From the NCBI GenBank assembly GCA_000934665.2, contig JYFJ02002489.1, positions 1-55,997 of the forward strand: 55,997 nucleotides of DNA. Reading direction: 5' to 3'. A model generated the notes under the pieces. That model was not told the origin of the DNA and did no database searches. It saw nothing but the letters and a program-made list of their open reading frames with translations. Both the position numbers and the translations under genes were made by a program. The stretch comes from Catajapyx aquilonaris (lineage: Eukaryota). Each line of letters starts with the position of its first letter. Position 1 is the stretch's first letter. This document shows positions 48,058 to 55,997 of the stretch, in pieces.

Positions 48058-50326
48058 TCATGGTAAATATCCGTACACAAACATTATTTCATTCGGTGCA
48101 CATCTCTTCCTACACGAAGTTATGCAGTTTAAGAAAATTTCCGTCAGAAAAATTGTAGAAGCTAGTAATAGACCAAACATGAGCAGCAAAAAAGGTCCCA
48201 TTAGTTCATCAAAATTATACGGATGAGGTCCGGTGCCGAAGTCGTAATTCTTTTCGTGTGCCATAATTCGACCTTTAAGTAAATTGACTCGCTCGTTGTA
48301 CTTTCTCCAATACTGCATGAACCCAGTATCAAATATTCTCAAAACTGCCGAATCAAACGTAGGTGTATATATCATGTCTTGTCTGATAACCATTCCACAC
48401 ATGAACTGATATTCTCTTCCTGGAGCTATCTGTGTCAGAAGATTCCCCTGAAATGGTAACAAATTAGCCCTCGGTTATGTGGCATTACAAAAAAAAATTA
48501 TTACCTCTCGATCCATTAGTTGATTATGTAGAGTTTCGAGTATCATGGAAGCTGACAGGCAAGCAAAATTCTTTGTTTTCAGCGTTTCTTGTATACATCC
48601 GTCAAGAGTGGGTATAATCTGTTGAAAGAAAAAAAAGTAATATAATAATTCGGGTTTCGGCAGGGTAACACTGTTGTTTGATTCGTACCTTCACCCCTTT
48701 GGACAGTTTCTGAATAATGGGATCATCTTGAAGATCTTGGGTAAGAATGAAGAAGAAAACTGCATGCGATTGGAAAGCTCCGTAAATGTAATCCGAGTCT
48801 ACCAGCTCTGGGATAGTGTTAGGAACAGTCCTCAGTGACGGGAATGTCAAGCACGTGAATAGCCTGGTCTTGTAACTGCAAGTCATAATAATGGCGAAGA
48901 CCCACCACATGAACATAAACACTTTGCCTCTGCGTATCTCCGGCTTAAAGGTCATCTGTTCCGCCAGGCTGAAAGCAAGAAAACTGAAAGAGCGTCCCAT
49001 CAGCGTCCAGAAGCTGCGATTTTTACGGTGGAGGTCAGTGGGCAGGATGATGAGGCCAAGGGTCACACAGCCACAGAACAACACAAATAATATGGACATC
49101 CAGAGATGGGCCGCGAAGGGACGTAATAAACGGTCCCAACGGTAAAACGGAGCGGGCTTGAGTAGAAGGAAGGCCCCTTGGTCTATGTAGTAAACAGGGC
49201 AAACGTGAGCGGCTCGGACCATGGAAGAAGTTAATAGCTGGGTTGGAACAAGGTCAATGTCTCCTAAAATTGCTGACTGGACCATAACCCCCACTGAGTT
49301 TTCGTTCACCAAGGCGGTCACCATGTCTGCTCCTCCTCCTGGAGATGGGTATATCTCCCAGTCGAAGTCGTACACGTCGCCCAGGAGGACCATCAGGCCC
49401 AGAAAGAAAGGAGCTGTTTCCAAGTGTAGCCTGCTGGCGTACAGGTTCCGGAGGTATGACTCGTTGAATCCTTGTGGGTACATGGCCTGTAACAGTGACA
49501 TAACGAAATCGTTAGTTTCTGTTCAATACACATCCACGTGCATCGCTGCACAGTATATACCAGTGAGTGCCTCACATGGGATGCAATATATTTCTCTCGC
49601 AGGTCTGGCAACATGAAACTTCACAATGCGTGTCACACGTACCTTCAGAAATTTTCCATGGAATCCTTGGAACATCTCTGGAAACGAATTTTTGAGCGTC
49701 TGTGGCTTTTCCACCGAGAAGAGGTCGACAATTTCTGGTCTGTCACGACCACTGTCGCAGTAGAAACATACCGACCAGAGTTGGTTGAGTAATCCAACAC
49801 CGTGCACTTCCTTTCCCAGAACCAACTTGTATTTGAGCCGAGCCATAACCTTTGCGCTCAAGAGGAGGTCCAACTGCCCCGACCGGCTCCATATAAAAAA
49901 GTAGTCATATGTGCGCCTTACGAAAATATACTCCATTGTGTACTGAATGGCACTTATCACTCTTAAAGGGTCTTGGCCGAGAATCATGTACAAGACTCTA
50001 CTTCCTGGAAGAGGCAGGACCTGTCGCCTGGTGTCGTTGGCAGAGTCAATCTCCTCGAAAGTAGTGTCACTCTCGCTCAATTTGGGAGGCCTCACCACTG
50101 TTGTTGGGGTGACACTTCTGTTGCTCAATAGTTCTTGTAGCGTTAGAGGAAGCACCAAATCGTAGTCGTGGACAAGAACCAAAGCAACTCCTCTCTTGTG
50201 ATGTTCCAGAATGATATTTGCTAAAGTGGAGGCAACGTGACCTTCCATAAACGGCGATTGAAGGATCCTGCTTAAACCACAAGTTATTGTAAAACTCCAC
50301 ATTACAAATGCGCCTGTAAATCTCAT
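48058..50326 (-). CDS. Divergent ionotropic receptor (variant iGluR/IR), copy 2 (about 661 aa)
   Basis: Exons 49643-50326, 48689-49486, 48505-48618, 48058-48447. CFYCDSGRD...FPEMFQGFHGKFLK; LRPFAAHLW; FMFMWWVFAIIMTCSYKTRL..LTFP..VPNTIPELV; FDSAVLRIFDTGFM; NFDELMGPFLLLMFG; collinear with copy 1. Confidence 0.85.
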
Positions 50327-53060
50327 GGTTCACTTCACTGTTCACTCTTGAATTAGCATTGTCACACTGCTGATATGGTAGCATACTATGGTGTACATAT
50401 TGGAAGTGTTAAATCCATACCTGCATGCTGCTATCAGACTAGACAATCGTTTCCCTGGAAGCACTTACCGTTGGGCAAATGATTGCTGTGTTCTACGCAG
50501 AAATAAGTTATGACGTGGGATACAAATAAGACTTATTAACCGTGGTTTGAAGATTCGTTGATAAGGTATAATTATGTATCAAACTACTCTACGTTCGCAC
50601 CTGCTTAGATTAATATCAATCAGTATTGCTCTACGTAAGGGAACAGATGACGTGGTCTCCTTATCTCTGAAAGCCTGAATGTATTTCGGGGTTCATAAGT
50701 TATGAGGCACTATACTAGTGCCTACACTGTGGTCGTAGTGTAGGGTGCTGACATCATGAAGGGCACAAATCGTGCAATCAATATTTTCACAGCTTTGAAA
50801 GGTGCCGTGACAGTGTTATAACATTTTATCACGATGTATTACTGGGACAAAAGCGACATTGTTTTCTGACAGTACAATAATTTTACAATTAACATTATTA
50901 ATATTTTGAGTTTCATTTATTGAAAATATCACGAAACAACCACAATATAGAGGCGATAATAATAATTTAGTCGTATTAATAATAAAACCTACGAAAGAAT
51001 ACTTTACAATATTTAAACATTCAACATCAGAAAAGATTGTCTAAAATTGGCGTCATGAAACAGTATTAACAGTGTTTGTGCAGCAATAATTTTTCAAAAT
51101 AATAATTTTGGCAATTAATTGTCCTCTGACACATAAGTTACATGCGGGTGTATTAATCTTACATTGTGATCAAAATATGGCTGGAAGACTTTACCTTTGC
51201 ACATCCAACAGCCTCAATCAAATAATGAATTGTGGGATTTGAAATTATTACGCTACTGGGGTTAAGGCTACTATAGTCGTGTATACATACTAACTCACGA
51301 ATTTGCGTGTGCAACTGTGCATAATTGGATAACACTTGGGACATGCCATGCAGGTTTTGTCGTACCCACAGGAAGCGATTTTTTAAATAGGATTTTTAAA
51401 AGCCGTAGGCTCATCTGAAATTCTGGATGTGTCGCGTATTGCCAGAACCCAGAAGCACTAACCTATCGAAATATACTGCTTAAATAATATCCTGGAAGTT
51501 TCTGGGAACTATTGATTTAGATGTGGCTTCAGAGCAGACTCATAAATCACACATCTTGGAATTTCCCGACACAAAAAGCTCACTGAGAAAACTGCTACGT
51601 CACCTGTCTGTTTAAAGCATCATCCATATAGGCATGTTACCAGTTTTTTTTACTGCGGGTTTCATTCAGAAGGTGACACAAGTAACCTTGGGTAACTTCC
51701 GAGAGGCTAATGTCCTGTGGTTCCAACTACGCGCTAAAGACTTATTCCATATTTCCGTTTTTGTCAGTCACACTAATTGGCCCACTCAAAGCCCTTCAAG
51801 GACCGACTCTTTTGTTAACTTCACTTCAATAGTGCACAAAAAATTAAGTTATAAGGCACTTTTAACTCTAAACGTGTGTCAGAAAGACTTGCAGTTACGT
51901 GAGTGAATACAGAACAATAAATCCACCTTCTGACCTCTTTGTTGGTGTTTCAAGGTCAAGGAATGATGCCCGGAGAATCGTACGTGCAATTTACCCTCGA
52001 CATATTTCAGGGATGCCTTGACCTCTTACGTACTTCTTACATAAACAGACACCTGGAAGATCCACTGGGGAACTTGTATACGTGCTCTTCAACATGTGTA
52101 CACGAATATCAGCAAAAACTGATTATGCAGGAATTAGTACCAACGTTACATTTATGTAAGTGTGCGATTAACGATAAATTATCGTCTATACGTCTGACTG
52201 TAGGGCCGTAAGAAATATGATAAAAATGATAACAAATCGCTTGTTAGAATGTGCATGTAGCCTACGTTGTTCCATTATTCATATAACAGCTTGCACACTG
52301 TGGGAATTCATCAAATGACCTTACAATAAAATAGATAAATGTGCATTTAATGCGAAACGTAATGGGTCAGTTCATTAAACAATACATTGCAATCAAAATG
52401 TTTGCTGCACTACTGCGTCACAAAATAAATTATTTATAATCTGATTCTAATTGGATCTCATTTAGGAAGTTTTTGAGAATGCTGGGTTTAGCCAAACTTC
52501 ACTTGGTTTTTAAAAATTCACCTCAGAGTATACTTAGAATAAGAGATATTACCGGTAACATTATGGTTTCAAGCTAGGTAACTATTGTGAGATTCTTCCG
52601 GCTACAGAGAAATAATGCTTCGTTTTTAATGAGCTCCTAATATATTTCACTTATGCAAATATGAAAATTCAGTCACTGAGGATGTGTTTTTTTACCACCA
52701 CTTATCACACAGTAATACTGGAGGAAAAACCTTTATTGATTTATTAATATTATTGGTGCAATATGTTTTTTTTTGTCTGTGAGATGAAACGCAAGATATT
52801 TGGATGGCTGTGAAATCCCCACCAAATTTCCCAGGCATTAGTGTGGTCTTTGAAGCACATCTCCGAGTCATGGTGCGTAAGACTTTTTCTATGGAGGTGC
52901 GATTGAAATTGACGGGGGAAGTGAAAGCAAACCAAGGCCAAGGATAAGACGGCGCGCAACGTAGGCGGCATGCTTCCTATATAAACAGGAGATTTCTTAG
53001 AGACTACTCAATTACCAGCTCGTTATCTCTTGGGGCCGATTCCTGCTTGAATTGTTCAAC

Positions 53061-54622
53061 ATGAAGGTTTGGGTGAGTACACAGCTGTTCATAGTTTTCG
53101 TTGATTTAAGTAAGGTTATATGATAATTAAAAGTAGACATCAGTACCCTATATTTCATTTCAACTAACTTGTAATTTAGTAATGGTACAATATATTGCTA
53201 GGCACGGAACTAGAATCTCATAATAAAACTCAGTGTGTAAGTTAGTGTTTGTAGCTAACCAGACTGCATTGCAATCGCTGAATAATTATTCATGAATATA
53301 CAGATATGTAAGATTGTAACAGCCAAGTGGTCAGCCGCTTTGCCTGATGCATCTTCCTTGCACCATCCACTCAGTAGGCCTACTCTTCCTTGTCCAGTTA
53401 GTCGATGTCGAACAGTGACAGTATAGGTTTTTCGTATATGACGGTCGCATTCTTGAGTGGAAAGCATTTAATGCGTTTCACTCAAGAATTTTCTTCTGAT
53501 CAGTAACTTTAATATATTGCTGAAGAGTGCATACGTATATGCTAATGTCAAGGTTGGGATGTGGCGGGATGGTGTAATAGGTAAAAATTAATCATGATTC
53601 ATGAGCCTTGTCCAGAAAATCTTTCTGAATGAAAATAGTGCAATTTCACCATGTGGGCTACAGTATGAGGCTACTATCTTGGGCTACTATAGCTCTTCGT
53701 CGCCTTGATGGAAAAGTGTCGTAGATAACTAGAACCCACCACCCATATACTCAGTGAATTACCTCGTCCTGAGGAGCGACTTACATACATACATAATATA
53801 CATACATTACATTCAAAATCACGGCATTTTCCCAAGATGGGGTTACCAGCGATGACCTGTGGACTGTGGAGGTGTAGCAACACCCAGTCATTAGCCTGTT
53901 CGTTCAGTACGCGAAACGTAGATATTCATAATCCATCCACCTTCAGACTGTGCACTCTCTAGTATGACTATGTTTACAGCACATGGTCTACTACTTGTAG
54001 AACACTGAAGAGCCTACTGCATATACGGCGCGGCGATGAGCTGCCCAAGTTCCCGTTCAAGGGAAGAATATATTATGCGATTACTGTTCATATAATTATA
54101 CACAAGCGTGTATAATAGCAAAACAACAATCCCAACAAGTGAAGTGGTAGCCTATTGGGTATTGATTCCAATGGATTATTCCATTTTAAAGTTGTTGATG
54201 GGATAAAGTGCTCAACAATCCTTAACTTCTTCCTTTGGTTTCAGAGCTTGGGCAGTGCACTACCGAAAATAATATGTTATTATCATGTCTGACAATACTA
54301 TAGCTATTACTGTATTATGTTAGTAGGCATAATAATAGGTCTAATAATGATGTTCAAATCATTTAAGTATAAAGTATTGTCATATTTGTCTTTGCAGCTG
54401 ATAGTGTGCATGGTTCTCCTGGTGGCCGCTCTGGCCTACGCCCAACACGGCGGATATGGCGGATATGGCGGACACCGAGGAGGATACGGTGGGTACGGCG
54501 GCGGCGGTCACCGTGGCGGCGGGTACGGCCACAGGGGAGGCGGAGGGTACGGCGGTTATGGTGGCCGAGGACATGGGGGCGGTGGCTGGGGAGGCGGCGG
54601 CCACCGAGGACATTACGGATAA
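53061..54622 (+). CDS. Gene M: secreted Gly/Tyr/His/Arg-rich peptide (78 aa), paralogue of gene L
   Basis: TATA at 52978; exons 53061-53072 (MKVW, gtgagt donor) and 54398-54622 (LIVCMVLLVAALAYA-QHGGYGGYGGHRGG...GGHRGHYG*). Confidence 0.88.
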
Positions 54623-55997
54623 ATGATGGTACAGTATAATATTGACTGCCCAAATTCAGATTTTATCAAAGGCGATGATTGTCTCGCTACCAGTTGATCG
54701 TAGTACTGTTCTGTGAAACTTAACGAACGAATCCTTAATGCAGCGGATACTTTGGATTCCGAAACTTGTGCTTGGTCCCCACTTAAGCTTTATCATTCAC
54801 TGCACTTCTGTCACATGTACCGGGAACCTGTGCAGTGCAAGAATTTTTTTGCGAAACGGAGCGAGTCCTCTTTTGGCATTATTTGCGATGATGATGATGA
54901 TGATGATGCACTTTTACTGTTATTCATGTTACTTCAATTTAATACTATACGTATTGGTTTTCGCATTTCTGTTTCAGAATTTCTCCGGCATTGATTGAAA
55001 GATTGGATACCATCGGAATATTTCCTAAGTCATCACTACCAGATTTACGACCATCTGAATTTTTTACCAGAATGAAATCAGACTGAATAAAGGCGACAAA
55101 TGAGAATTTTGCCAGGATTTTAAATATACTATGTGCAACACCACCAATTTTTGTACAGCATATGGTCACAAATAAAAGCAAAAAAATGTCACTTAAATTA
55201 ATTTTTGCCCTGTTGCCAAACAAGAAAGAGACTTCCTATGACTACCTGCACGCTACCTGTACTGAAATGCTGGATGTGTCGAGAGTTGGCCTCTTGGCCA
55301 TCGCTCCTGATCCATATTACAGTACTTGTGGTTAAATTCCATGAAAAGGCTTTGAAGGTCACATACAATTACGTGCGATTACAGGTCAAAGTGTCAGGAA
55401 GTAGGTCTGGAGAGTGTGTGTATCTGATTACGCCACTGGGCACTGACCAACCCTTATGATGACTCTGGCCCTGTTCGAATCCCCCGCTGCGACTGGGAGG
55501 CAAACAGATGGCAGCACTGACACTGGGTTTTGACGTCACATTATTTTCGGACACACCCTCCCCTCCCCTTCCGGGGGCATAATTTCATTATCCACATAGG
55601 CTGGCGAGCCGATGCCGAATCCAAGAGCTTCGGCAAAATGCCGCCAGGTGGCTGCAAATAAAAAAGGACAAAATGCGGGTTTTGCGATGGCGCGCGTTGC
55701 ACATACTCGTACTTATAATTTTAACAGCAACCATTTAGCCCGCTATTATGGGCAGCATATTGACCATAATAATAAAACATTATTATTATTATTATTGTCT
55801 TTGCGCGGCAGATTTGAATGCGCCAAGACTGATTTCCTTCTCACTCCTCCTGCAACGCGGGTTTCGGTGCAACAAACGGTCATGTCATTGGTGACCCAAA
55901 GTGATGCCATGCCCACGTGATGTCCAGGTGATGCCATGTTAATATTCAGGTCACATAACGCCCGGTGGAAATAATAAAACATGCGGCCCTTACCAAA

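Overview
Eukaryotic, intron-containing DNA, most likely from an arthropod (divergent ionotropic receptors; crustacean-like, by inference only). Left part: an ELP6-like gene with an intronless CDS (995-1696) and a 15-exon kinesin-8/KIF19-like gene (5056-19393). The most interesting part is a 19-kb cluster (19.6-38.7 kb) of ten small secreted-peptide genes that the ORF track mostly misses because they are split into short exons. Six encode one granulin module each. Three encode Arg-rich 6- or 8-Cys peptides followed by an acidic piece and a His/Gly tail, and one looks degenerate. The nine intact genes share one layout: signal-peptide exon, phase-0 intron, exon 2, phase-0 intron, exon 3 starting x-x-C-C. 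This suggests a granulin-derived cationic peptide family with an antimicrobial-peptide-like precursor design. Further right are an orphan gene, two paralogous Gly/Tyr/His-rich secreted peptide genes with kappaB-like upstream sites, and a tandem pair of divergent ionotropic receptors between them. SINEs/retroposons with TSDs, several MITEs (one nested) and a Helitron-like element are scattered throughout. All gene models were read by hand from GT-AG sites and reading-frame continuity; no database searches were run.
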